In this document: positions 9,329-18,845 of the stretch, one piece after another | Layout: each line of letters opens with the position of its first letter | Position numbering within the stretch: position 1 is the stretch's first letter | Origin: an uncultured Acidobacteriota bacterium | Lineage (GTDB): Bacteria; Acidobacteriota; Thermoanaerobaculia; Multivoradales; UBA5704 | Length of the DNA: 64,000 nucleotides | Assembly: GCA_963770895.1 (NCBI GenBank) | Contig: CAVYRF010000002.1 | Span: forward strand, 2,656,001 to 2,720,000 | Reading direction: 5' to 3' | Notes under the pieces: model-generated | The model's database searches: none | What the model was told of the DNA's origin: nothing | What the model saw: the letters and a program-made list of their open reading frames with translations, nothing else | Program-made: the position numbers and the translations under genes

Positions 9329-11933
9329 CCTCGGCCATCGCGCGGGCGCTCCCGCGTCCGTCGCCGTGCCGGCGCGTCTGCTCGGCGCGGCGCTCTGCCT
9401 TGTCCTGGCGGCGGGGTGCCGGCATGCGCCTGCTGGCTTCGATCTGCGGTCGCTGGTCGCGGCGGGGCGGTTTACCGTCGCCGGCGGCACCGCGGCCAAC
9501 GGCACGCCGGCAAACGGCTCGGCTGCCAACGCCACAGCCGCCGGGGGCACGGCGCCGGAAGAAACGGCGCCAAACGGCGCCTCGCCGAGCCTGGTGTTCG
9601 CGGCTCGCCCGCAGCTCGCGGACGTCGAGGTGGACCACGAGCGGCGGCCGGTGGTCCTCACCAGCGCCGCGCCCTGGAGCTGGACCGGTCAGGTGCCGCC
9701 GCACGCGGAGCTGCACGCGGGCGTGCAGCTGGTGCCGGCGGCGCGGCCGCTGGTGCGCCGCCTGCAGGCGGTGGTGACCCTGCGGAGCGGGCACGAGACG
9801 GAGGTTTTGCAGGCGGCGCGGTCGGGAGAGCGGGTCGATCCGCTGTGGCTCGACCTGTCGGCCGACCTGGAGCGCTATGCGGGCCGCCGGGTGACGCTGC
9901 AGTTCGCGGTGACCCTTGCCGACCTGCCGCGGGCCTCCGCCGGCGCCAACCTGGTGGCCTGGGGGCCGGTGGCCCTCACCGCCGCCGCCACGGGTCCGGG
10001 CTCGATCGCGCCCACGTCCGCCACGTCTGCCGCTGGCGGCGCCGCCGGCAGAGCCGGAACCGCCGGCGCCGGCCCGGCAGGCGGCACGGCGCGGCCCAAC
10101 ATCCTGATGATCCTGGTGGACACGCTGCGCCGCGACCGCCTGACGCCTTACGGCTACGGCAAGGACACCACGCCCGAAATGGCGCGCTGGCTGGCCGAGC
10201 GCGGCACCGTGGCCGAGGATGCCTACAGCCAGGCGCCCTGGACGCTGCCGTCGGTGGTGTCGCTGTTCACCGGCCGGTATCCGGGGGAGCTGCTGGGCTC
10301 CGACCTCGCTTCGTACGGCGTGCCGCCGCGGCTCCAGCCGCTGGCCGAGCGGCTGGCGGCGGCCGGGTTCGTGACCGCGGGATTTCTTGCCAATCCGACC
10401 CTGCACGTCGGCGCCGGCTTCGAGCGCGGCTTTCAGACGTTCTATGCCCCGCCGGCCGACGTGGAGTGGCTGCGGCGCCACGCCGAGGACGTCAATCGCC
10501 ATGCCCTGCCTTGGATTGCCGCGCACCAGGACGGCGGGCGGCCGTTCTTCCTGTACCTGCACTACATCGATCCCCACGATCCCTACGACAATCCGGACGT
10601 CGTCGGCAACCATTCGCCGTTCGATGACGGCAACTACACCGGCCCGGTGGCGGGCGACTGGGTGCACGGCGTCTACAGCGGCAAGATCGTCCTGCCCGAT
10701 CCGCCGCGCGACATCGCCCACCTCTCCGCCCTGTACGACGCCGAGGTGCACTACGTCGACCGCTACGTCGGCCAGGTGCTGGCCAGCCTGCGGCCGGCGG
10801 TGCTGGCCAACACCCTGGTGGTGCTCACCGCCGATCACGGCGAGGAGCTGTTCGACCACGGCGGCTGGAAGCATGGGCAGACGCTCTATGACGAGCAGAT
10901 CCACGTGCCGCTGCTCTGGCGGTGGGACGGCCACATCGCGGCCGGCCGGCGGCTGGCGGGCACCGTGCGGCTGCTCGACGTGGCGCCCACCCTGGCCGCC
11001 GCCGCCGGCGCGCCGCCGGATCCGGGTTGGGAAGGCGCCAACCTGCTGCCGGCACTGACCGGCGCCGCACCGCTCGCCGAGCGGCCGGCTTTCTCCCAGG
11101 GCCTGTCCGGCGGACCCCTGCGCGCCGCCGCGGTGCTCGGCCATGAAAAGCTGATCGTGTTCAACCACGAAGAGCCCTTCCAACCCGGCGACGCGCTGCA
11201 GGACCACCTGTGGCGCCAGGACCTTGCCCGCCTGCGGCGGGTCGAGCACTACGACCTGGCCGCGGACCCGCGCGAGCGCCACGACCTGGCGGCCGCCTCG
11301 ACCCCGAACCCCGGCGCCGGTCCGGCCACCGGCCCGGCCGGTAGCCCAGCCGCGGCGCCGGCCGGCAGCCGCCTGCCGCTGCTCGCCGCGGTCATCGAGC
11401 GCCGCCTGGACCGCTGCCTGTCCGGTCTGCGCCTGTACGCCGCCGGCATTCCGGCCGGGTCGACGCTCCGCCTCGACCTCACCCTGGCGCGGCCGCCGCA
11501 CGGCTGGACCCCCTACCTGCTGGGCGCCGCCGACCACGCCGTCGTGGCGGGAGGGCACCTGGTCCTGGACCTTGCGGGCGGCGACTGGCTGGTGCGCGGG
11601 GTGCGGATCGACGACGATGCGGCGGGGGTGGTGGCGCTTGCCGCCACCCTGGACGGCCGGCCGCTGCCGCCGGGGCAGGTGCGCGTCGGCGCCGGCGCGC
11701 CCTATGCCGGCGGTGCGCTGAACCCGGCCGCGCTGCGGACCCGCGACTGGCCGGCGGTGCTCGACGACGCCACGGCGGCGCCCTTCGGCGGCGCCGGCGC
11801 CGCCGGCGCCGCCGGTAAAATCGGCCCCGTCGTGGGGCTGTGGCTGCACGACACCACGGGCGAGCTGCAGCGGCCGACCGCCCACGACCCCGAAACCGAA
11901 CGGCGCCTGCGCGCCCTGGGGTACATCGAATGA
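9315..11933 (+). CDS. Sulfatase-fold (alkaline phosphatase superfamily) lipoprotein with Thr at the nucleophile position
   Basis: Lipobox LAAGC. PNILMILVDTLRRD, APWTLPSVVSLFTG, LHYIDPHDPY, TADHGE, HG..LYDEQIHVPL, terminal LRALGYIE. Confidence 0.85.
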   Translation: MTSPDLGHRAGAPASVAVPARLLGAALCLVLAAGCRHAPAGFDLRSLVAAGRFTVAGGTAANGTPANGSAANATAAGGTAPEETAPNGASPSLVFAARPQLADVEVDHERRPVVLTSAAPWSWTGQVPPHAELHAGVQLVPAARPLVRRLQAVVTLRSGHETEVLQAARSGERVDPLWLDLSADLERYAGRRVTLQFAVTLADLPRASAGANLVAWGPVALTAAATGPGSIAPTSATSAAGGAAGRAGTAGAGPAGGTARPNILMILVDTLRRDRLTPYGYGKDTTPEMARWLAERGTVAEDAYSQAPWTLPSVVSLFTGRYPGELLGSDLASYGVPPRLQPLAERLAAAGFVTAGFLANPTLHVGAGFERGFQTFYAPPADVEWLRRHAEDVNRHALPWIAAHQDGGRPFFLYLHYIDPHDPYDNPDVVGNHSPFDDGNYTGPVAGDWVHGVYSGKIVLPDPPRDIAHLSALYDAEVHYVDRYVGQVLASLRPAVLANTLVVLTADHGEELFDHGGWKHGQTLYDEQIHVPLLWRWDGHIAAGRRLAGTVRLLDVAPTLAAAAGAPPDPGWEGANLLPALTGAAPLAERPAFSQGLSGGPLRAAAVLGHEKLIVFNHEEPFQPGDALQDHLWRQDLARLRRVEHYDLAADPRERHDLAAASTPNPGAGPATGPAGSPAAAPAGSRLPLLAAVIERRLDRCLSGLRLYAAGIPAGSTLRLDLTLARPPHGWTPYLLGAADHAVVAGGHLVLDLAGGDWLVRGVRIDDDAAGVVALAATLDGRPLPPGQVRVGAGAPYAGGALNPAALRTRDWPAVLDDATAAPFGGAGAAGAAGKIGPVVGLWLHDTTGELQRPTAHDPETERRLRALGYIE

Positions 11934-13897
11934 GCACACCGCCTCCGCCGCAGCCTCCCGGCGCCACCGAAGAGGTGCGCGCCGCAAGCGTCCTGGTCGT
12001 GGCACCCCATCAGGACGACGAGGTGGTGGGGTGCGGCGGCCTGGTGGCCGCGCTGGCCGCGGCGGGCGCCGTGGTGCGGGTGCTGTTTCTGAGCGACGGC
12101 GGCGGCGGCACCGAGCGCGTCCCCGACCGCGAAACCTACCGCTTGCGCCGCCGCCACGAAGCGGTGGCGGCCCTGGGCCTGCTGGGAGTGGCCGGCAGCG
12201 ACCGTCTGGAGCTGCCCGACGGCGCGCTCGACCAGCACCTGGAGGCGGCGGCAGCCGGCATCCGCCGCGCGCTGACCAGCCAGCGCCCCGAGCTGCTGCT
12301 GTGCCCGTCGCCGCTGGAGGTCTCCGCCGACCACCGCGCCGCGTTCGCCGCCCTCCACCGGGTGCTGGCGCCGCTACGCTCCGCCGCCGAGGTGGAGGAG
12401 CTTGGCGGCCTGCGCATCCTGCTCTACGAGGTCAACCACCCCGCCTACCCCGACCTGCTGGTGGACGTGAGCGGCGCCGAGCCGCTGCTGCGCGCGGCCA
12501 TGGCCTGCTATGTCAGCCAGGAGGAGCGCCACCCCTACCTGGCGGCGGCGCTCGGCCTGCGCCGCTATCGCACCCTCAGCCTGTCGCCGCAGGTGACCAT
12601 GGCGGAGGCCTACCGGCGGCTGACCGTCGCCGATTTCACCACCCGCAGCGCGGCCCAGCTGGTGCGCCACCTGGGCGGCGAGCCGGAGCTGCTCGCCGTG
12701 CACGAGGGGCCGCGGATCTCCGTCGTGGTGCGCACCCGCGACCGCCCCCAGCTGCTGGCCGAAGCCCTGGGCAGCCTGGCGGGCGGCACCTATCGGCGGG
12801 CCAGCGTCGTGCTGGTCAACGACGGCGGGCAGCCGCCGGTGGTGCCGGACGGCTTCCCGCTGCCGGTCACCCGCGTCGAGCTGCCGCCGGGTGGCGGGGA
12901 GCATGGCCGCGCCGCGGCGGCGGCGGCCGGCATCGCCGCCGCCACCGGCGACTACGTGGCGTTCCTCGACGACGACGACCTGGCGGCGCCCGAGCACCTG
13001 GCGACCCTGGCCGCCATGGTCGGCGGCGCCGCGGTGCGCATCGCCTACACCGACGCCGCGGTCGGCGTGTACGAGCTGGACGGCCAATCGGGCTGGGTCT
13101 GCCGCGAGCGCCGGCTGCCGTACAGCCGCGACTTCGATCCCGACCTGCTGCTGGTGGACAACTACATCCCGTTCAACACCCTGCTGATCGAGCGCCGGCT
13201 GCTGCAGGAGGCGGGACCGCCCGACGCCGCGCTGCCGTTTTTCGAGGATTGGGACCTGCTCATCCGCCTGGCGGCGCTGGCGCCCTTCCACCACCTGGCG
13301 CGGGTCACCTGCGAATACCGCCACTTCCGCGGTCCGATGTCGCACGTCTTCGGCGAGCGCCCGCGCGAGCGCGCCGACTTCCTCGCCGTCAAGGCGCAGG
13401 TGCTGGCCAAGCACGCCGCGCGCCTCCCCCCGGCGGCGCTGGCGCGGGTGGTGGACACCTTGCGTGGCGACCTGGTCGCGGCGCGCGAGGCGGTCGCGGT
13501 GGGCGAGCGCCAGCTCGCGGCAGCGCGCGACGAAATGGCCGGCCTGGCGCGCGCCCACCGTGCCGTGGCGGCGGAACGCTTTCATTTCGAGGACCGCTAT
13601 CACGCCGTCAACGGCGAGCTGCATGCGGTGCGCGGGGATCTGCACGCGGCGCACGGCGAGGTGACGCGCCTGGCCCGCGAGCTGGCGGACCACGCCGCCG
13701 CCGCCGCCGCCAACGCCGCCGAGCTGCGGCGCCTGTACGACGAAGAGTGCCGCCTGCGCGCCGCCGTCGACGAGCAGACGGCGCACCTGGGCCGCACCTA
13801 CGGCGAGATCGACCGCCTCACCCGGCAGATCCGCGCCATGGAGGCGACGCGCGCCTGGCGCCTGCGCCGGTGGCTCGAGGGGTGGCGCCGCCGATGA
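11930..13897 (+). CDS. Fusion of PIG-L/LmbE deacetylase, GT2 glycosyltransferase and C-terminal coiled coil
   Basis: APHQDDE and ADH (PIG-L). ISVVVRT, VNDGG, FLDDDD, FEDWD (GT2). Heptad-rich tail ending MEATRAWRLRRWL. Confidence 0.85.
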   Translation: MSTPPPPQPPGATEEVRAASVLVVAPHQDDEVVGCGGLVAALAAAGAVVRVLFLSDGGGGTERVPDRETYRLRRRHEAVAALGLLGVAGSDRLELPDGALDQHLEAAAAGIRRALTSQRPELLLCPSPLEVSADHRAAFAALHRVLAPLRSAAEVEELGGLRILLYEVNHPAYPDLLVDVSGAEPLLRAAMACYVSQEERHPYLAAALGLRRYRTLSLSPQVTMAEAYRRLTVADFTTRSAAQLVRHLGGEPELLAVHEGPRISVVVRTRDRPQLLAEALGSLAGGTYRRASVVLVNDGGQPPVVPDGFPLPVTRVELPPGGGEHGRAAAAAAGIAAATGDYVAFLDDDDLAAPEHLATLAAMVGGAAVRIAYTDAAVGVYELDGQSGWVCRERRLPYSRDFDPDLLLVDNYIPFNTLLIERRLLQEAGPPDAALPFFEDWDLLIRLAALAPFHHLARVTCEYRHFRGPMSHVFGERPRERADFLAVKAQVLAKHAARLPPAALARVVDTLRGDLVAAREAVAVGERQLAAARDEMAGLARAHRAVAAERFHFEDRYHAVNGELHAVRGDLHAAHGEVTRLARELADHAAAAAANAAELRRLYDEECRLRAAVDEQTAHLGRTYGEIDRLTRQIRAMEATRAWRLRRWLEGWRRR

Positions 13898-15222
13898 GCC
13901 GCATCGCCTTCGTCTCGAGCGAGCCGATCCGGCCGCGCATGGCGGGCATCGGCATCCGCTATCTGGAATTCGCCCGCCGCCTGGCGGCGCGCGGCCTGGC
14001 GACCGTCCTGCTGTCGCCGGCAACCGCCGCGGAGAGCGAGGGGCTGGACCTGGCAGGCGTCGAGCTGCAACGCTGGGAGCCGCAGCGCCTGGCCGGCCAG
14101 CTGGCCGGCTGCACCGCCGCGGTGGCCCAGGGGCAGCTGGCCAACGACCTGGTGTTGGCGGCGCCCGACCTGCCGGTGGCGCTGGACCTGTACGACCCCT
14201 GGCTGGTCGAGCATTTTTCCTACCTTGGCACCCTGGGCCTGGATCCCTACCGCAACGACCACGCCACCTGGCTGCTGCAGCTGTCGCGCGGCGATTTCTT
14301 CCTCTGTTCGTCGGAAGAGCAGCGCGCCTTCTACCTGGGCTTCCTGGCTGCCCTCGGCCGCGTCAACCCCGAGCTGGCGGCGCGCGATCCCGACCTGCGC
14401 ACGCTGATCGAGGTGGTGCCTTTCGGCGTGCCGGACGCGCTGCCGCCGCACCGCCCGTACCTGCCGCCGCGCCAGCCCGGCGAGACGCGGCTGCTGTTCG
14501 GCGGCCTGTACGACTGGTACGACCCCTGGACCCTTCTCGACGCCCTGGCGCTGGCCGAGCGGCCGGGCCAGGTGCTGCTGTTGATCCACAATCCCAACCC
14601 GGGCACGCCGCAGCGCCTGTTCGAAGAGGTCGCCGAGCGCTGCCGCCGCCTGGGCTGGTGGGGGAGCCGCGTGCAGGCGATCGACTGGGTGCCGGTCGAG
14701 CGGCGCTACGACCTGCTGCGCGACGTCGACCTGCTGGTGGCGCCGCACCGCCCCAGCCTGGAAACCCGGCTGTCGCTGCGCACCCGCTTCCTGGACGCGC
14801 TGGCCGCCGGCTGTCCGGTGGTGACGACGGAAGGCGGCGCCATGAGCCGCATGCTGCGCGAGCACGGCGCCGGCTGGGCCGTGCCGCCGGGCGACGCGGC
14901 GGCGCTCGCCCAGGCGCTGGCCGCCGCGCTGGCCGCCGGGCCCGGATCGGTCGCCGGCGCCGCCTGGCGCCAGGGCGCCGCGGCGCTTCTGGCTGCCTTT
15001 CGCTGGGACCAGGCGCTGGACCCGCTGGCGCGCTTCTGCGGCGCCCCCTGGCGCGACGCCACCAAGTCCCGCTTCGTGCACACCCTGGCGACCGCGGCGC
15101 CCGCCGACTCCCTGGCCTTCCGCATCCGCCGCCGTCTGCGCCTGGCGCGGGCGCGCCTCGCGCAGCGCAGCGGCGGGGCCGGCAGCGGCAGCGGGCGCGC
15201 AGGCGAGGCGCCGCAGCGATGA
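13894..15222 (+). CDS. GT4-family glycosyltransferase
   Basis: ATGA overlap. MAGIGIRY, DLYDP, FGGLYDWYDP, ETRLSLRTRFLDALAAGCPVVTT. Confidence 0.8.
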   Translation: MSRIAFVSSEPIRPRMAGIGIRYLEFARRLAARGLATVLLSPATAAESEGLDLAGVELQRWEPQRLAGQLAGCTAAVAQGQLANDLVLAAPDLPVALDLYDPWLVEHFSYLGTLGLDPYRNDHATWLLQLSRGDFFLCSSEEQRAFYLGFLAALGRVNPELAARDPDLRTLIEVVPFGVPDALPPHRPYLPPRQPGETRLLFGGLYDWYDPWTLLDALALAERPGQVLLLIHNPNPGTPQRLFEEVAERCRRLGWWGSRVQAIDWVPVERRYDLLRDVDLLVAPHRPSLETRLSLRTRFLDALAAGCPVVTTEGGAMSRMLREHGAGWAVPPGDAAALAQALAAALAAGPGSVAGAAWRQGAAALLAAFRWDQALDPLARFCGAPWRDATKSRFVHTLATAAPADSLAFRIRRRLRLARARLAQRSGGAGSGSGRAGEAPQR

Positions 15223-16661
15223 CGGCGCCGCGCCTGGTTTCGGTCGCCATCCTGTCGTGGAACGGCCGCCGCCACCTGGAAGTCTGCCTGCAGGCGCTCG
15301 CCGAGCAGCAGGACCCCGGCGTCCCCTGGGAGATCCTGGTCCTCGACAACGGCTCGACCGACGGCACCGCCGCCTGGTTGGCCCGGCAGCGCCACCCGCG
15401 CGTGCGGCTGATCGAAAGCGCGGTCAACCTGGGCTTCTGCGCCGGCAACAACCGCCTGGTCGCCGACGCCGCCGGCGACGCGGTGGCCTTCCTGAACAAC
15501 GACACCAGGCCCCGCCCCGACTGGCTGGCGGCGCTGGTCGACGCCTACGGCGCGGCGCCTGCCGACGTCGCCGCGGTGTCGGGCAAGATCGTCGATTGGG
15601 CGGGCGAGCGGCTGGACTTCGGGCGCGGCGTCATGGCCTTCGACGGCCACGCCTTCCAGCTGGACTTCCGCCGCCCCCTGGCCGCCGCCCGCATCCCCGC
15701 CGCGGGCGAAGAGCTGCTCTTTGCCTGCGGCGGCAACATGCTCGTCCGGCGCGCCTCGTTCCTGGCCGCCGGCGGCTTCGATGCCAGCTACTTTGCCTAC
15801 CTGGAAGACGTCGACCTGGGCTGGCGCCTGTGGTCGGGAGGCGAGCGCGTGACCTTCGTGCCCGACGCCGTCGTCCACCACCGGTCCAGCGCCACCTCGG
15901 ACCTGCTGGGCCTCTACAACCGCGGCTTCCTGTTCGAGCGCAACGCCTTCCTGACCGCCTACAAGAACTACGAGCCGGGCCTGTGGGAGCGCGTCATGCC
16001 GGCGCTGCTGCTGACCTTCCTGTCGCGCACCCATACCATGCTCGCCGACAACAACCCCGGCGGCGGCTCCCTGCGCATCGACCCCTACGCCGGCTGGATC
16101 GCCAACACCGCCGCCGCGCCAGCCCCGCCGCCCGCGGCGCTAGATTCCGCCGCCGCGTCGCCGTCCGACGAGCACCCGGCCGCCGCACCCAGCCTGACAG
16201 CCGCGCCCGCCGCCGCCCGCCCGCCCGTCCTCAAGCGCCTGGTCCGCACCTGGCGCCAGCACGGCGCCCGCGAAGTCTGGCGCCGCGCCGGCCGCCGCCT
16301 GGCCGCCCTCCCCGCGGCGCGCGGCGGGGCAGCGGCCGGTGCGGTTGCGGACGCCGCCGCCAGCGTGCCGGTGCTCACCGACGAGCGCAGCGTCGCCCAG
16401 CTGCGCGCCCTGTCCTACCTGCTGTCGCACCTGGAACCCGCCGCCGCCGCCCGCCGGCAGGTACAAGCCCGCCGCCGCCGCCCCGACAGCGAGATCTTCG
16501 CCCGCTTCCCCCTCTACCTGGTCCCCACCTACCCCGGCGACCACGCCCTCTTCGCCAGCCCCGCCTTTGCCGCCTGGTTTCCCGCCGACCTGCCCATCGC
16601 CCGCCACACCCTGGCCGAAATCATGGAACCCGACTCCCCGCCCGCCAACCCCTCAACCTGA
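15219..16661 (+). CDS. GT2 glycosyltransferase
   Basis: ATGA overlap. VAILSWNG, VLDNGSTDG, NLGFCAGNN, FLNND, GGFDASYFAYLEDVDLGWR. Confidence 0.85.
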   Translation: MTAPRLVSVAILSWNGRRHLEVCLQALAEQQDPGVPWEILVLDNGSTDGTAAWLARQRHPRVRLIESAVNLGFCAGNNRLVADAAGDAVAFLNNDTRPRPDWLAALVDAYGAAPADVAAVSGKIVDWAGERLDFGRGVMAFDGHAFQLDFRRPLAAARIPAAGEELLFACGGNMLVRRASFLAAGGFDASYFAYLEDVDLGWRLWSGGERVTFVPDAVVHHRSSATSDLLGLYNRGFLFERNAFLTAYKNYEPGLWERVMPALLLTFLSRTHTMLADNNPGGGSLRIDPYAGWIANTAAAPAPPPAALDSAAASPSDEHPAAAPSLTAAPAAARPPVLKRLVRTWRQHGAREVWRRAGRRLAALPAARGGAAAGAVADAAASVPVLTDERSVAQLRALSYLLSHLEPAAAARRQVQARRRRPDSEIFARFPLYLVPTYPGDHALFASPAFAAWFPADLPIARHTLAEIMEPDSPPANPST

Positions 16662-16704
16662 TCCCGGCCGGCGGGACATGGCCTGCCGCTGACCTACAAG
16701 CGCC

Positions 16705-17097
16705 TCATCCATCCGTGGGCGGCGAGCCCTTCTTGAACGTCAACAAAGACAGCGAACGGCGCCGGATGCCGCGTTCGTCCACGACCGTCATGGCGCCCGG
16801 GAGCCTGTCGGCGTGATCGGCGATCACACCCAGAACCCGCGATGTCTTCTCGAGGGAGGTGGACCGCGGCAACCGGATCAGAATGATTCCTGTGGCTGCC
16901 GAGCGCTGGAGGAATGCCAGCTCGGCGAAGTCCTTGTCGTTGGTCAGGAGAATTCGTTGCTCTTGGGTGGCCCTGGCCAGCACGTCGTGGTCGCCCAGGC
17001 CGGCGCTGTCACGGCCTATCTGCGCCACGTCGTGGCCCTCTGTCCGCAGCGTGTTGATCAGCAGGCCTTCGACGTTTTCGTCAGCTAGAAATCTCAC
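16705..17097 (-). CDS. DUF5615 PIN-like toxin
   Basis: MRFLADENV, GHDV, DHDVL, RILLTNDKDF. Overlaps the DUF433 gene. Confidence 0.85.
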   Translation of the reverse strand: MRFLADENVEGLLINTLRTEGHDVAQIGRDSAGLGDHDVLARATQEQRILLTNDKDFAELAFLQRSAATGIILIRLPRSTSLEKTSRVLGVIADHADRLPGAMTVVDERGIRRRSLSLLTFKKGSPPTDG

Positions 17098-17339
17098 CCT
17101 TGTCCGCGTACGTGCGGGATGAATTCGTCGGTGCCGACGGTTTGTCGGGCAAAGGCCAGGGCGGCCAGGATGTCTTCGCGTGTCAGGCGGGGGTAGTCGG
17201 ACCGTATCTCCTCGACCGAACGGCCGGCCGCCATCTTCTCCAGGATGATTTCGATGGTGATCCGCGTGCCTCGAATGACAGGCTTGCCAAGCATGATCTT
17301 GGGATCGATTTCAACCCTGTCGAGTGGGTCTTGTTCCAT
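17094..17339 (-). CDS. DUF433 antitoxin
   Basis: IDPKIMLGKPVIRGTRI, EEIRSDYPRLTREDILAALAFA. GGGGAG RBS before ATG 17339. Confidence 0.9.
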   Translation of the reverse strand: MEQDPLDRVEIDPKIMLGKPVIRGTRITIEIILEKMAAGRSVEEIRSDYPRLTREDILAALAFARQTVGTDEFIPHVRGQG

Positions 17340-17415
17340 CGTCGTGCTCCCCGCGGATGCCATCGCTCACCATCAATAACGTTTCGAGCATAGCGCAGCC
17401 GGCGATTTTCCCCGC

Positions 17416-17646
17416 TCACGAGCCGGGCGTGGGGGGTTGGGGGCGGCCGGCGATGGAGAGGAAGAGCTCTTCGACGACTTCCTTGAGCTCGACGGTGTAG
17501 GTGGCGAGCTCGCGGAGGGCCAGCTCGAGGTGCTCGGGGGAGGGGCGGGTGAGCGCGCCGCCGGAGCGCGGGCGGACTTTGTAGGTGAGGCGGTCGTCGA
17601 GGCTTTGCAGCTTCTGGTAGGCGTCCTTCAGTCGTTGCGCGTCCAT
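17416..17646 (-). CDS. Small helical hypothetical protein
   Basis: Abuts the cytochrome c stop codon. GC3-biased codons. No recognised motif. Confidence 0.6.
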   Translation of the reverse strand: MDAQRLKDAYQKLQSLDDRLTYKVRPRSGGALTRPSPEHLELALRELATYTVELKEVVEELFLSIAGRPQPPTPGS

Positions 17647-17988
17647 CTATCGCCTCGCCTTCTCCTGCGGCAGGTGCAGGACGTAATCGGTGAGCGCCGA
17701 CAGCTGCTGTTCGTCCAGGGTGTCGGCAAAACCTGGCATGGCGCCGTAGCCGTCGGCGATGCGCTGGTAGAGGTAGAAGCGGCCGCGGATGCCGGCGCGC
17801 GCCAGGGGCGAGTTGGTGAGCGCCAGGCGGGGGTAGAGGCCGATCGAGCGGCTGTCCCCCCGGCCGTCGTCGCCGTGGCAGCGGGCGCAGCGCGCGCGGT
17901 ACAGATCGGCGGCCGGCACCTGCTGGCCGCCGCCGCAGCCGGCCAGTGCCAGCGCCGCCAGGGCCAGGAGTGCTGCCGTCCGTGTCAC
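17647..17988 (-). CDS. Monoheme c-type cytochrome lipoprotein
   Basis: Lipobox LAGC, heme motif CARCH, distal GAMPGF. GTG start preceded by GAGG. Confidence 0.85.
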   Translation of the reverse strand: MTRTAALLALAALALAGCGGGQQVPAADLYRARCARCHGDDGRGDSRSIGLYPRLALTNSPLARAGIRGRFYLYQRIADGYGAMPGFADTLDEQQLSALTDYVLHLPQEKARR

Positions 17989-18022
17989 CGCAACCTCACC
18001 ACGACCAGGGCCTGAAGGTCGG

Positions 18023-18796
18023 TCAGCCGCGGCGGTGCACCATCTGGGCGGTGGCTTGGTCGAGCGGCCGCACCACCATCTCATCGATGTTGACGTGCGC
18101 CGGGCGGGTGGCGGCCCAGACGACGCATTCGGCGATGTCCTGGCCGACCAGCGGCTGCATGCCTTTGTAGACCGACCTGGCGCGCTCCTCGTCGCCATGG
18201 AAGCGGACGCGGGTGAACTCGCTGTCGACCAGGCCGGGATCGATCTCGGTGATGCGCACCGGCTGGCCCAGCAGCTCCATGCGCAGGGTGCGCGTCAGGG
18301 CGCGCAGGGCGTGCTTGGTGCTGGTGTAGCCGGCGCCGCCGACGTAGGTTTCGAAGCCGGAGACCGAGCCGATGTTGATGACGTGGCCGGCGCCCGAGGC
18401 CAGCAGCGCCGGCAGCAGGCCGCGCGTCATGCGCATCACGCCCAGGACGTTGGTCTCCCACATGATGCGCCAGTCGTCGTCGCTCGCCTTGCCGACGGGG
18501 TCCAGGCCGAAGGCCATGCCGGCGTTGTTGACCAGCAGGTCGAGCCGCGGCACCTGGGCCACGAACGCCTCGACGCTGGCGGCGTCGGCGACGTCGAGCG
18601 CCAGCCCCTGCGCTCCGGCGCCGGCGCCCGGCGCTGCGCCGCGGTTGATGTCGTCCGCGATCTGGCTCACCCGCTGCAGGCGGCGCGCTCCCAGGATCAC
18701 CTGAAACCCCGCCGCCGCCAGGGCGCGCGCGGTCGCTTCGCCGATGCCGGCGCTGGCGCCGGTGACCACTGCCGTCTTTGCCGCTCCGCTGCTCAT
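18023..18796 (-). CDS. SDR oxidoreductase (YdfG-like)
   Basis: TGASAGIG, LVNNAG, YTSTK, IDPGLV, RPAHVNI. Confidence 0.9.
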   Translation of the reverse strand: MSSGAAKTAVVTGASAGIGEATARALAAAGFQVILGARRLQRVSQIADDINRGAAPGAGAGAQGLALDVADAASVEAFVAQVPRLDLLVNNAGMAFGLDPVGKASDDDWRIMWETNVLGVMRMTRGLLPALLASGAGHVINIGSVSGFETYVGGAGYTSTKHALRALTRTLRMELLGQPVRITEIDPGLVDSEFTRVRFHGDEERARSVYKGMQPLVGQDIAECVVWAATRPAHVNIDEMVVRPLDQATAQMVHRRG

Positions 18797-18845
18797 GCCG
18801 TTCCTCCGCTCCACACGAACCTGGTTGTACCGCAGACCTGAGGCC

